Source of the DNA: Elusimicrobiota bacterium
GTDB lineage: Bacteria; Elusimicrobiota; Elusimicrobia; Elusimicrobiales; UBA9959
Assembly (NCBI GenBank): GCA_027340875.1
Contig: DAIENX010000102.1
Location: 1-54,712, forward strand
Direction: 5' to 3'
DNA: 54,712 nucleotides
Under the pieces are notes generated by a model. The model saw only the letters and a program-made list of their open reading frames with translations, was not told where the DNA came from and searched no databases. Positions 8,846 to 18,434 of this stretch are shown one piece after another (the first letter of the stretch is position 1; every line of letters starts with the position of its first letter). A program made the position numbers and the translations under genes.

Positions 8846-10314
8846 AGCGCGCCTCCCATGCAAGCCGCCGCGCCCTTCAGCAGGGCGTCCAGCCAGCCAG
8901 GTATGAACAGCCCGGCCGCCGCAGCCAGCGCGAAGAATACCGCCGCCGGCAGCAGCGCGCCGCGGCTCTCTTCGAACGGCCTCTCGTCCGGGCCGGCCTC
9001 CCGCTCGCCGAAGACCATCGCTATGAAGTAGCGGGCCATGCTGGCCACCAGCACGGCAAGGAAGAACAGGAACACGGCAGCCGCGGCGTAGCGGCCGCGG
9101 GCCAGCAGCTCGCGCAGCACTATGAACTTGACCAGGAACACGCCGGAAGGCGGCATGCCGGTTATCAGGAAGAAGCCCGCCAGCCACAGCGCGGCGGTGA
9201 GCGGAGCCCGGGCGCGCAGGCCCTTTACGGCGGCTATCTCCTTGGTCCTCTCGGCGGCCAGCACCCGGCCGGAGGTGAAGAACAGCCCGGCCTTGGTCAG
9301 CGAGTGGCTGACGGCGCCCAGCACGGCGCCGTAGGCCGCGGCCCCGCCCAGGCCCGCGCCGGCCGCCAGTATGCCCATATGCTCTATGCTGGAATAGGCC
9401 AGCATGCGCTTGTAGTCTCGCTGGCCCACCATGAACAGCGCCGCGGTGGCCACCGAGAACAGGCCGAACAGCAGCAGCAGGCCGCCGGTGAAGTCGGCCA
9501 GGCCCGCCCCGGCGCAGACGGCCGACACGCGCAGTATGCCGAGGAAGGCGCAGTTGAGCAGCGCGCCGGACAGCAGGGCCGACACCACCGCCGGAGACTC
9601 GCTGTGCGCGTCGGGCAGCCAGGTGTGGAACGGGGAAAGGCCCATCTTGGTGCCGTAGCCCACGAACAGGAACAGGAAGGCCGCCTTCAGCAGCGGCCGG
9701 TCCAGCGAGGCCGCGCCGGAGAGCAGCGCCCGGTAGTCCAGCCCGGCGCCGCTCTTCAGGCCCGCCGCGCCCAGCAGCAGGTTGCCCATCAGCGCCAGCG
9801 CTATGCCCACCGAGCAGATCAGCAGGTACTTCCACGTGGCCTCGAGCGAGCGTTTGTTGCGGTGGAAGTATATCAGCGGCGCCGAGAGCAGCGTGGTGGC
9901 CTCCACGGCCGCCCACAGCATGCCCAGGTGGCGGCTGGCGGCCACGGCCGTCATCGCCGCCAGGAAGAACAGCAGGCAGCCGGTGAAGACCGCCTCCGGC
10001 GCGTTCGTGAACAGGAAGAGCCCGTCGCTGCCGGCGGCCCGCTTCTCCTCGGCCAGGTAACGCACGGCGTAATGAGCGGCGCCCAAAAATAGCAGCGAGG
10101 TCGCGCAGAGGAATAGCAGCCCGAGCGCGTCCAGGCCGAAGTAAGCCCCGGCCCCGGCCGCGCCGCCGGCCAGGAAGGAGGCCGTCAGCCGCGCGGTAAG
10201 CAGCGAATGCGTCCAGGCCGTCAGCAGCAGCAGGCGCCGGCGGGCGGAGTCGCTCCGTATCAGGAAGGCCAGCCCTCCGGCGGCCGCGGGCAGGATCAGC
10301 AGGGCCGACGTCAT
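8842..10314 (-). CDS. hyfF: Proton-conducting membrane subunit, HyfF-like
   Basis: EATTL, WKYLLICSVG, GYGTKMG, HTWLPDAHSE, KRMLAYSSIEHMG. Confidence 0.85.
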   Translation of the reverse strand: MTSALLILPAAAGGLAFLIRSDSARRRLLLLTAWTHSLLTARLTASFLAGGAAGAGAYFGLDALGLLFLCATSLLFLGAAHYAVRYLAEEKRAAGSDGLFLFTNAPEAVFTGCLLFFLAAMTAVAASRHLGMLWAAVEATTLLSAPLIYFHRNKRSLEATWKYLLICSVGIALALMGNLLLGAAGLKSGAGLDYRALLSGAASLDRPLLKAAFLFLFVGYGTKMGLSPFHTWLPDAHSESPAVVSALLSGALLNCAFLGILRVSAVCAGAGLADFTGGLLLLFGLFSVATAALFMVGQRDYKRMLAYSSIEHMGILAAGAGLGGAAAYGAVLGAVSHSLTKAGLFFTSGRVLAAERTKEIAAVKGLRARAPLTAALWLAGFFLITGMPPSGVFLVKFIVLRELLARGRYAAAAVFLFFLAVLVASMARYFIAMVFGEREAGPDERPFEESRGALLPAAVFFALAAAAGLFIPGWLDALLKGAAACMGGAL

Positions 10315-10976
10315 CGCCCGTCCTCCCCGTGCCGCCAGTCGGAGAGTTCGGAGAGCTCCGCGGTGTCTATGTGGTCGAACTCGCGGCTGATGTGGAAGAT
10401 GGCTATGCCCATCACGAACACCGCCACGAAGACGTCCAGCAGTATGGCCAGTTCCACCATAAGCGGCTGCTCCACGAACAGCGCCAGTCCGAAGATGTAG
10501 ATGCCGTTCTCTATGACGAGGTAGCCGAGCACCTGCGTGATGGCCTTAGTGCGGGTGGTGATCAGCAGGAAGCCGGAAAAGATAGTGGCCAGCGAGGCGG
10601 GCACTATCCAGGCCACCTGCGCCTGCGGCAGCGGCAGGCGGGAGCCCATCCATGACGAGGCCAGAAAGGCGCCCAGGCAGAGCAGTATGGAGGCCGGGTA
10701 GCTTATCAGCGGTTCCACGTCCTTGCGGGCCCCGCTGCGGTCGCGCGCGCGCATCAGCAGCCAGGGGAACACCGCGCCCTTCAGCAGCGCTATCCCGGCG
10801 GCGAAGGCGGCCGCCCGCGCGTGCGGCTGCCCGTGGCCGGCCAGCAGCGGCAGCAGCGCGGCCAGCACGCCCTGCACGGCCACCAGCCTGATGCAGCCGG
10901 CCAGCGAGCCGGTCACCGCCAGCGCCAGGTCCAGCAGTATTATCAGCACTATCGAGAGCTCGGCGAAGGTGTGCAT
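10311..10976 (-). CDS. hyfE: Hydrogenase-4 component E-like membrane protein
   Basis: Polytopic; QVLGYLVIENGI and ELAILLDV motifs; operon position. Confidence 0.8.
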   Translation of the reverse strand: MHTFAELSIVLIILLDLALAVTGSLAGCIRLVAVQGVLAALLPLLAGHGQPHARAAAFAAGIALLKGAVFPWLLMRARDRSGARKDVEPLISYPASILLCLGAFLASSWMGSRLPLPQAQVAWIVPASLATIFSGFLLITTRTKAITQVLGYLVIENGIYIFGLALFVEQPLMVELAILLDVFVAVFVMGIAIFHISREFDHIDTAELSELSDWRHGEDGR

Positions 10977-10978
10977 TA

Positions 10979-11246
10979 GGGCTCGTTAAGAAATAACCGG
11001 CATAATTTGGAGGCCCGGATTTGAGACGGGTTCGAGGCGCGACGAGCGAGCATGCCGGCGGTCTGTGAGTGAGGAACAACGAAGAAACCGGCCAAAGACG
11101 GGCCTCCCCCAGGGGGCTGGGCGATCTTTGGCTGCAACTGCGTCACTCGGCGCTTACGTAGCTCCGCTACGCCGCGCTCCTCGTTCCTTGTTTCGCTCAT
11201 AAAATCGCTAAGCCAAATTGCGCCCGTTATTTCTTAACGAGCCCTC
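10979..11246. mobile_element. MITE (about 268 bp) with terminal inverted repeats and probable TA target duplication
   Basis: agggctcgttaagaaataac (10978-10997) is the exact reverse complement of 11226-11245; flanked by TA at 10977-10978 and 11247-11248; no transposase. Confidence 0.85.
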
Positions 11247-12151
11247 TATCTCCCCAGCTGGAATATCAGCGCCAGCGCCGCGAAAGCGAAAGCCGTTATC
11301 AGCATGTAGGGTACCTTCAGCAGGCGCAGGCGGGCCATGGCCGACTCCGTCACGCCCACCGCGCCGGTCACGCCCAGCATAACGCCAAGGTAGAGCGCGC
11401 CCTCGTACGCGCCGCCGCCGGCGCGCGGCAGCAGCATGCCCGCTATCAGCGAGCTGAACAGCCAGAGCTTGAGCGCCGCCCCGTAAAGTATGCAGGCCAG
11501 GTCCGGGCCGCTGTGGTCCAGCACCATGACCTCGTGTATCATCGTCAGTTCCAGGTGCGTGTTCGGGTCGTCGGCCGGCACGCGGGAGTTCTCGGCCAGC
11601 AGCACTATGAAGAGCGAGGCCGTCAGCAGGGCCAGCACCGGCGCCGCGGTGCGCCAGGTGTCGCCCGTGAGCGCAGCGAATATCCCGGAGAAGGACAGGC
11701 TGCCGGTGATGTGCGCCAGCGCGGCCAGGCACAGGAAGAAGGCGGGCTCGGCGAAGACCGCGAACTGCATCTCGCGGCTGGCCCCCATCCCCTCGAAGGC
11801 CGAGCCCGTGTCCAGCGCGGCCAGCACGGTCAGGAACCTCGCCAGCCCCAGCAGGTAGACCACCAGCACCAGGTCCCCCTCGAAGCCGAACAGCGGGCCG
11901 GCGCCGGCGAAAGGCAGCGCGGCCGCGGCCGCCAGCAGGGCCGCCAGGCCCGCGGCCGGCGAGGCGCGGAACACCCAGGTGGTGGTGCGGCTGTACACCG
12001 GCGTCTTGCCGGCCAGCTTGAAGAGGTCGTAGTAGAGCTGCAGCAGCGGCTGGCCGCGGCGCCCGCCGAAGAAGGCCTTCACGCGGTTTATCACTCCCGG
12101 CAGCAGCGGGGCGAGGAGCAGCGCGGCCAGGAAATGCAGGGCGGGCCTCAT
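11246..12151 (-). CDS. hyfC: NuoH/HyfC/HycD-like membrane subunit
   Basis: Starts MRPALHF (ATGA overlap); GRRGQPLLQLYYDLFKL, GMGASRE, ENSRVPADDPNTHLELTMIHE. Confidence 0.85.
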   Translation of the reverse strand: MRPALHFLAALLLAPLLPGVINRVKAFFGGRRGQPLLQLYYDLFKLAGKTPVYSRTTTWVFRASPAAGLAALLAAAAALPFAGAGPLFGFEGDLVLVVYLLGLARFLTVLAALDTGSAFEGMGASREMQFAVFAEPAFFLCLAALAHITGSLSFSGIFAALTGDTWRTAAPVLALLTASLFIVLLAENSRVPADDPNTHLELTMIHEVMVLDHSGPDLACILYGAALKLWLFSSLIAGMLLPRAGGGAYEGALYLGVMLGVTGAVGVTESAMARLRLLKVPYMLITAFAFAALALIFQLGR

Positions 12152-14112
12152 AGCTTCCATAGCAGCAGCGCCAGCAGCGTCAGCACTATATAGAGGATAT
12201 AGATCTGCAGCCTCCCGTGCTGCAGCCAGGTGAAACGGTAGGCCAGCTCGCGCACGCGGTGCGCGGCCGGGCTGTAGATCTTGTTGTAGACCAGCGCCTG
12301 CGCCTCGGTGGAGAACGAGGCCCCGCTGGGGAAGTAGCCGCGTATCTCGGGCTCGCGGCCCAGGCTGCGCAGCAACGGCTGGAAGAAGTCGGTGAGCGGC
12401 TGCGAGAACGAGGAGGCTCCGTACTGCATGCGCGCGGTGGGCCTGGCGTAGCCGCAGTCCCAGGTGGGCCCCTCGGCGTAGCCGCGGCGGCACATCAGCC
12501 AGGCGCGCAGCGCGGCGGCCAGCGCCAGCAGCCCGCACAGCGCGGAGAAGCCGGCCGAGACGAAGGCCACCGGCAGGGCGGCCAGCGCGTACAGCGCGGC
12601 GCCGGCGCCCGGGAAAGCGGCGTCAGCCGCGTTGGCCAGCGGGAGCAGCAGGAAGGGGGAGAGGAGGCCGGCCGCCAGGCAGGCGGCGGCCAGCGCGTAC
12701 ATCGCGGCCAGCATCGGGGCGCCGGGGTCGTGGGCGGCCGAGCACTTCGTGGAGCGCGGCTCGCCCAGGAAGACCGAGCCGAAGGCCTTTGCGAAGCAGC
12801 CGCCGGCCAGCGCGCCCGCGGCCGCCAGCGCCAGCAGCGCGGCGGCGCCCCAGTGGGCGGTGGCCCGCCCGTCCAGCAGCGCGCGGAAGGCGGCCAGGTA
12901 GATCAGGAACTCGCCGACGAAGCCGTTGAAGGGCGGCAGCGCGGTGATGGAGGCCGAGCCGGCCAGGAAGCAGGCCGAAGTACGCGGCATCTTCTTCGAG
13001 AGGCCGCCCAGCGCCTCCAGCTCGCCCAGCCCGGCGGAATGTATGACGGCGCCGGCCCCCATGAACAGCAGGCCCTTGAACAGCGAATGGTTGAAGGCGT
13101 GCAGCAGCGCGCCGGCCAGGCCGAGCGCCGCCAGCGCCGCCGAGCCGCGGGAGAGCCCTATCATGCCGAGGCCCAGCCCCAGCAGTATGATGCCGATATT
13201 CTCTATGCTGGAATAGGCCAGCAGGCGCTTCAGGTCGTGCTGCGCCAGCGCGAACAGCACCCCGCCCAGCGCGGAGACGGCCCCCAGAACCAGCACCAGC
13301 GCGCCCCACCATTCCGGCCACGGCGCCAGGAAGCCCAGCGTCCTCAGCAGGCCGTACACGCCCATCTTTATCATCACGCCGCTCATCACGGCGGAGACGT
13401 GGCTGGGAGCGGCCGGGTGCGCCTCGGGCAGCCAGACGTGCAGCGGCATGAAGCCGGCCTTCAGGCCGAAGCCCGTCAGCGCGATCAGGAAGACGGCCGC
13501 GGCGCGGGCGCCGGTCGGGCGGAGGAAAGAGGAGAAGTCCAGCGAGCCCGAGGGCGCGGCCAGCAGGCCGAAGGCCGCCAGCAGCAGCAGCGCGCCGCCG
13601 GCGCCCACGGCCAGATAGATGAAGCCGGCCCTGCGGGCCTGCTTCTTTTCTCCTTCGAACAGCACCAGCAGGAAGGAGGAAAGCGCCATCAGCTCCCAGC
13701 CGGTCATGAACAGCACCGCGTTGGCGGCCAGCAGCACCAGCGCCATCGAGGCCGTCAGCAGGTTGAACTGCGCCCAGGCCGGCGCGGCGCGGCCGGAGGC
13801 CTCGTAGCGCTCCATGTAGCCCGCGCCGTAGACGGCGGCCAGGCCGGTCAGCAGGAACAGCGGCACCAGGAAGAAGGCGGCCAGCGGGTCCAGCGAAAGG
13901 GAGAGGGAGCCCATAGGCACCGGCCAGGGCAGCGACAGCGTCTCGGCGCGGCCGCTGAACAGCACGCCGGCCGCGGCGGGCAGGCCGGCCAGCGCGGCGC
14001 CCACGGCGCCTATAACGCCGAAAGCCCGCGCGCGGGCGGGGCTTCCACTGAAAGAAAGGGAGAGCGCGGAGCTGACTAGCAGCAGGGCCAGGGAGAATAG
14101 GACCAGGGGCAT
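12148..14112 (-). CDS. hyfB: Proton-conducting membrane subunit, HyfB-like
   Basis: WELMALSS, GFGLKAGFMPLHVWLPEAHPAAPSHVSA, KRLLAYSSIENIG, TWDCGY. Confidence 0.88.
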   Translation of the reverse strand: MPLVLFSLALLLVSSALSLSFSGSPARARAFGVIGAVGAALAGLPAAAGVLFSGRAETLSLPWPVPMGSLSLSLDPLAAFFLVPLFLLTGLAAVYGAGYMERYEASGRAAPAWAQFNLLTASMALVLLAANAVLFMTGWELMALSSFLLVLFEGEKKQARRAGFIYLAVGAGGALLLLAAFGLLAAPSGSLDFSSFLRPTGARAAAVFLIALTGFGLKAGFMPLHVWLPEAHPAAPSHVSAVMSGVMIKMGVYGLLRTLGFLAPWPEWWGALVLVLGAVSALGGVLFALAQHDLKRLLAYSSIENIGIILLGLGLGMIGLSRGSAALAALGLAGALLHAFNHSLFKGLLFMGAGAVIHSAGLGELEALGGLSKKMPRTSACFLAGSASITALPPFNGFVGEFLIYLAAFRALLDGRATAHWGAAALLALAAAGALAGGCFAKAFGSVFLGEPRSTKCSAAHDPGAPMLAAMYALAAACLAAGLLSPFLLLPLANAADAAFPGAGAALYALAALPVAFVSAGFSALCGLLALAAALRAWLMCRRGYAEGPTWDCGYARPTARMQYGASSFSQPLTDFFQPLLRSLGREPEIRGYFPSGASFSTEAQALVYNKIYSPAAHRVRELAYRFTWLQHGRLQIYILYIVLTLLALLLWKL

Positions 14113-14190
14113 TTTAGTCGACTGAATTTTTTGTTCAGCAGTGGGTCCGTTCTTCCCGTCGTAGTCGCAGCCTTAAAAGGAACTGCTTAT

Positions 14191-14220
14191 AGTCTAAAAA
14201 AGTGCCCGCTCGCCTGTCAA
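14191..14220 (-). promoter_or_regulatory. sigma70 promoter of the ehr operon
   Basis: Minus strand TTGACA-18-TAGACT. Confidence 0.6.
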
Positions 14221-14292
14221 ATTCCCCAATGAAGGGCGTAAAAGGGAAAGGACCGCGCGGACGCGGCCCTTTCCTTAATATGCGCGCCGCGG

Positions 14293-15108
14293 CTAGCGGG
14301 TGTGGGTGTCGCCGTAGTTGTCCGTCCAGAGCAGCCTGCCGTCCTCGCGCAGGTCGAAGCTCTGGCAGCGGGAGACCAGCTGCTCCTTGTTGAAGTACAG
14401 GGCGCTGTAGCTGTCGGTCCAGGCCACGTCGCCGGTGCGGTCGGCCACCATGTAGCGGCTGGCGCGGCCGAGCTCCGCGTCGTTCTTGTGGAGCGTGCTG
14501 TAATTGTCCATCCACACCACGTCGCCGGTGTGGCCGGTGATCTGGTAGTTGGAGGAGCGGCCCAGCTCCACGGCGTCCTTGTAGAGGGTGCCGTAGTTGT
14601 CGGTCCAGGCCACGCTGCCGGTGTGGTCGGAGACCTTGAAGCTCTGCGCGCGGCCTATCTCGTCCTTGTTCTTCATCAGCGTGTTGTAGTTGTCCTTCCA
14701 GAAGACGTCGCCGGTGTAGAGCGCTATTTCGGAGCTCTGCGCGCGGCCCAGGGCGGTCTTGTTGTGGTAGAGGGTGCCGTAAGTGTCGGTCCAGGCGGCG
14801 TCGCCGTTGCAGGCGCCCTTGTACTGGGAGACCCTGTCGCCCAGCTTCTCGCCGTCGGCGTAGAGGTCGCCGTCGTGCACGTAGAGCACGGGCATGTTCC
14901 TGCAGTCCTCGGGCAGGACGTAGGGATGCGGATGGCGCGGCGCGACGGACGGCGCGGGCAGGGCCGGGGCCTCGAGGGCCTGCTCGGCGGCTGCGGGCAG
15001 GCCGAGCGCCCTGGCGCCGGAAAGGGCGCTGCTATAGACGGCCGAGCCCTGCGCGAAAGCGGCGCCGGCGCCGGCCAATACGAGAACGAACGTTAATACC
15101 TTCTTCAT
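14293..15108 (-). CDS. Secreted tandem-repeat (about 31 aa) beta-rich protein
   Basis: RBS aggagg, signal peptide MKKVLTF...AFA, about 6 repeats of TGDVxWxDNYxTLYKNxxELGR. Confidence 0.75.
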   Translation of the reverse strand: MKKVLTFVLVLAGAGAAFAQGSAVYSSALSGARALGLPAAAEQALEAPALPAPSVAPRHPHPYVLPEDCRNMPVLYVHDGDLYADGEKLGDRVSQYKGACNGDAAWTDTYGTLYHNKTALGRAQSSEIALYTGDVFWKDNYNTLMKNKDEIGRAQSFKVSDHTGSVAWTDNYGTLYKDAVELGRSSNYQITGHTGDVVWMDNYSTLHKNDAELGRASRYMVADRTGDVAWTDSYSALYFNKEQLVSRCQSFDLREDGRLLWTDNYGDTHTR

Positions 15109-15220
15109 CGACTTCCTCCTGGTAAAATAAAGCTTCAACCCCAGCGGTTATTCTAGTTTTATTCCGCCTCGGAGCGCATAAGGCGAAAGGCCCAGGCGCG
15201 GATAGGAAAAAGGACCTATA

Positions 15221-17419
15221 TCAGCTGTCCTGCAGGCGGCGCAGCTGCTGGTCCGTCTCGCTCAGGCGGGCGGCCTCCACGGCGGCCAGGCGCCTGTAGA
15301 AGGCCGCGCCCACGGCCGGGTCCCGGCGCGTCAGCGCGTCGAAGGCCGGGCCGTCTATGGCGTAAAGCTCGGCGTCGGTCAGCGCCAGCGCGTCGGCCGT
15401 GCGCGGCGACCCCGCCAGGAAGGAGGTCTCGCCGAAGAAGTCGCCGGGGCCCAGCACGGCCAGGTGGTGCAGGCGGTGCGTGCCCTTGAGCGGCAGCACT
15501 ATGCGCACCTGACCGCGGCGTATCAGGAACAGCTCCGCGCCCTTGTCCTTGCGGCGGAACACCGCCTCGCCGGCCTTTACCCGGCGCTCGGAGAAGGCCT
15601 CGCGCAGGCCGGCCAGCGAGGCCGGCTCCAGCCCGCTCAGGAAGTCTATGCCGGAAAGGTCCAGCGGCGCCCCGGCGGCCGCGCGCTCCAGGCCGGATCC
15701 CTTGAGCGCCTCGGCCTCGGCCCACTCCAGCGCGTCGTGCAGCGTGTCGAAGATGCGCCCCTGCCTGCCTTCCCCGGCCAGCCCCAGCGTCCTGAAATAG
15801 GCGCGCAGGTCCTGGCCGCTGGGCAGGTTGGGCGGCAGGTGCGAGAAGGCCAGCTTGCCTCCGCGCTCGCGCAGCATGCGCTCAACCTGCTCCAGCATGT
15901 GCACCGCGGTCAGGTCCACCGACGTCACGCGCCGCATGTCCAGTATCACGCGCGTATAGACGCCCAGGTCGTCCTCTATCTCGCTGAAGAGCTGGTCCGT
16001 GGTGCCGAAGAAGAGGCTGCCCTGCAGCTCCAGCACCAGCGTCTCGGCGCCGCGCTCGGCCAGCGCTTCCCGCTCGGCCGGCAGCCGGCGCTGCGTGGAG
16101 AAGAGGTGGTCGCCGGAAGTGCGGCGGCGTATCACGCTGCTGCGGGTCTGCTCGCGCAGGAACAGCAGTATGGAGAGGCCTATACCCACGCCGGCCGCGG
16201 TTATCAGGTCGGAGGCCAGCGCGGTGCCGGCCACCGCCGCCACCACCGCGAAGTCCAGCACGGTGGAGCGGTCCAGCGCCAGCTTCAGGCTGGGGCGGTC
16301 TATCATGCGCGCGCCCACCACCGTCAGTATGCCGGCCAGCGCGGCCAGCGGTATGTGGCCTATCGCGGAGCCCAGCGCGAAGGCGGCCGCCAGCGAGAAC
16401 AGGCCCTCGAGTATGCCGGCCCAGCGCGTCTTGCCGCCGCTCATGATGCTGATCATGCTGGCGCCTATCTCGCCCGAGCCCGGCATGCCGCCCGCCAGCG
16501 CGGACAGCGCGTTGCCGGCGCCCTGGCCGGCCAGCTCGCGGTCCGAGTCGTAGCGCGCGCCCACGAGGAAATTGGTCACCACGCAGCTCTTCAGCGTGTC
16601 TATGGCCAGCAGCACGGAGAGCGTCAGCGCCGGGGCCAGCAGGGCGCGCAGGTCGGAGAAGTCCAGCGCGCGCAGCGCGCCGAAGGCCGAGGAGGCGTTG
16701 GCGAAGATGGCCCCCGGGCTGACCGACAGCGCGCCTATCACCAGCGGGTTGCCGCCCAGCCGCATCAGCTCCGGCCGCGACAGCGAGAAGGCGGCGAATA
16801 CCAGCGTGCCGGCGCCTATGCCCACTATGGCCTCGGGGATCTTCTTCGTCACGCGGGGCGCGGCCAGCGTGGCCGCCGCCGTAGCCAGCGCGGCCGCCAC
16901 GGCCGGCCATTGCCACAGGGCGGGGGTCAGCAGGCCGTGCAGGGCGTGCGCGCCTTTCGGCAGGCCCAGGAACGGCCCTATCTGCGAGAGCATCACTATC
17001 AGCCCCACGCCGGTCATGTAGCCGGCCACCACCGGGTAAGGGATATATTTTATGAGCTTGCCGCCGCCGAGGGCCCCGTACACGGCCTGCAGCAGGCCGC
17101 AGAACAGCCCCACCAGCAGCAGCGAGGCTATCACGGCGGAAGGCTCCATGCCTCCGCCGGCCAGCCTGGCGCAGAGCGCGGCCATCACGGCCGCCGCCGG
17201 GGCGCTCGGGCCCGAGATCAGCCGCGGCGCGCCGCCCACGGCGGGTACGGCCAGGCCTATGGCCGCCGTGCCCAGCACGCCGGCCATCGCGCCGGCGGCC
17301 GCGTAGCCGGGGCCCAGCGGGGCGTACATGGCCACGCCGAAGGCTATGGCCGAAGGCAGCGCCACCAGCATGGCCGCCAGCCCGGCCCACGCGTCCGACC
17401 ACTCGAAATTCTTTTTCAT
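15221..17419 (-). CDS. SulP/SLC26 anion transporter with STAS and cNMP-binding domains
   Basis: LPSAIAFG, ISGP, YIPYPVVAG, ELAGQG, LQGSLFFG (STAS), GDFFGE...PRTA (cNMP). Confidence 0.9.
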   Translation of the reverse strand: MKKNFEWSDAWAGLAAMLVALPSAIAFGVAMYAPLGPGYAAAGAMAGVLGTAAIGLAVPAVGGAPRLISGPSAPAAAVMAALCARLAGGGMEPSAVIASLLLVGLFCGLLQAVYGALGGGKLIKYIPYPVVAGYMTGVGLIVMLSQIGPFLGLPKGAHALHGLLTPALWQWPAVAAALATAAATLAAPRVTKKIPEAIVGIGAGTLVFAAFSLSRPELMRLGGNPLVIGALSVSPGAIFANASSAFGALRALDFSDLRALLAPALTLSVLLAIDTLKSCVVTNFLVGARYDSDRELAGQGAGNALSALAGGMPGSGEIGASMISIMSGGKTRWAGILEGLFSLAAAFALGSAIGHIPLAALAGILTVVGARMIDRPSLKLALDRSTVLDFAVVAAVAGTALASDLITAAGVGIGLSILLFLREQTRSSVIRRRTSGDHLFSTQRRLPAEREALAERGAETLVLELQGSLFFGTTDQLFSEIEDDLGVYTRVILDMRRVTSVDLTAVHMLEQVERMLRERGGKLAFSHLPPNLPSGQDLRAYFRTLGLAGEGRQGRIFDTLHDALEWAEAEALKGSGLERAAAGAPLDLSGIDFLSGLEPASLAGLREAFSERRVKAGEAVFRRKDKGAELFLIRRGQVRIVLPLKGTHRLHHLAVLGPGDFFGETSFLAGSPRTADALALTDAELYAIDGPAFDALTRRDPAVGAAFYRRLAAVEAARLSETDQQLRRLQDS

Positions 17420-17534
17420 ATCCCCGTCAGCTCTCCCCTTGGCGTCCGGGAGTATATTATCAAAAATTTGCCGGGCAGATAGCGCCGCCCCGACAAGCCC
17501 TTGTCGGGGAGCTCTGTTAAGATATTTCAGGGCG

Positions 17535-17882
17535 TCACTTGCCGCGCTTGGGATAGGGGCGCAGAGCTTCGCGCAGGATGAGGTAGGTCCGCTTCTGCTG
17601 GTCTTTGGGGCGGTCCTTGACTATTCCCATTATGCGCTTCTCCCAGGTGGAGGGGGAGATGCTCGGCGGCCTTTCCTGGAGAAGGTCCGCGATCTTCACC
17701 TTTAAGGCGCGCGCCAGCTTCTCAAGGGTGGCTATGCTGATCTTCTTGGTGCCGCGCTCTATCTGGCCTATGTAGCTGGGGTGAAGGCCGGCCCTTTCCC
17801 CCAGTTCTTCCTGGGACCAGGCAAGCCTCTTCCTGTGGGCGCGAACGGAGCAGCCTAACGTGATGTAGATATCGTTCTTCAT
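17535..17882 (-). CDS. XRE-family HTH transcriptional regulator
   Basis: WSQEELGERAGLHPSYIGQIERG. Confidence 0.85.
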   Translation of the reverse strand: MKNDIYITLGCSVRAHRKRLAWSQEELGERAGLHPSYIGQIERGTKKISIATLEKLARALKVKIADLLQERPPSISPSTWEKRIMGIVKDRPKDQQKRTYLILREALRPYPKRGK

Positions 17883-18021
17883 TAAAGTGCCTTATATTCT
17901 TGCAATAAGCGGCCATATTTTCTAGATACTTAAGGGTTTTAAAATAAAAAACCTTTTAGCATTGACATTCCGGCCTCTATTTTATAAGTTTATGGTGCGG
18001 CCTGTCGCCGCGGGGGACATC

Positions 18022-18417
18022 ATGGACGGAAAAACCATACTGGTGGTGGACGACGAACCTGTATGGTTGAACATACTCTCCAAGTTCTTCGGGCATTACG
18101 GCTACGCAGTGCTTACGGCCTCCACCAGCATCCAGGCGGCGGAGCTGCTGCGCCGGCATCGTCCCGACTGCCTGCTGCTGGACTATGTGCTGGCGGACGG
18201 CGACGCCGGGGAACTGTGCGTCCTGGTGCGTAGCGACGCGGCGCTTTGCGGCATCCCCATAGTGATCTTTACCGGGGACCCCGAGGCCGAAACCTGTCTG
18301 GAAGGCCCTTACCGCGCCGACAGGCTGTTCTTCAAGGGAGAAGCTCTGCCGCATCTGCTGCTGCTGGTGGTCTCGTTGATCCGCGGGGATCATCGCGACA
18401 AGCCCTTGTCGGGCTAA
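18022..18417 (+). CDS. Single-domain response regulator (receiver)
   Basis: ILVVDDE, PDCLLLD, PIVIFTG, conserved K. Confidence 0.8.
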   Translation: MDGKTILVVDDEPVWLNILSKFFGHYGYAVLTASTSIQAAELLRRHRPDCLLLDYVLADGDAGELCVLVRSDAALCGIPIVIFTGDPEAETCLEGPYRADRLFFKGEALPHLLLLVVSLIRGDHRDKPLSG

Positions 18418-18434
18418 TATCTTATAATTAGAGC

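Noticed and set aside
6669..12538. Extended ORF-track starts (8543, 9916, 12538) for ehr subunits
   Set aside because: They overlap upstream genes; family homology and 4-nt stop/start overlaps place the starts at 7397, 8845 and 12151
1723..17482. Long antisense or alternate-frame ORFs (e.g. 1723-3093, 3237-5207, 7496-9031, 12217-14079, 15464-17482)
   Set aside because: Shadow ORFs of GC-rich genes that have clear family motifs in another frame
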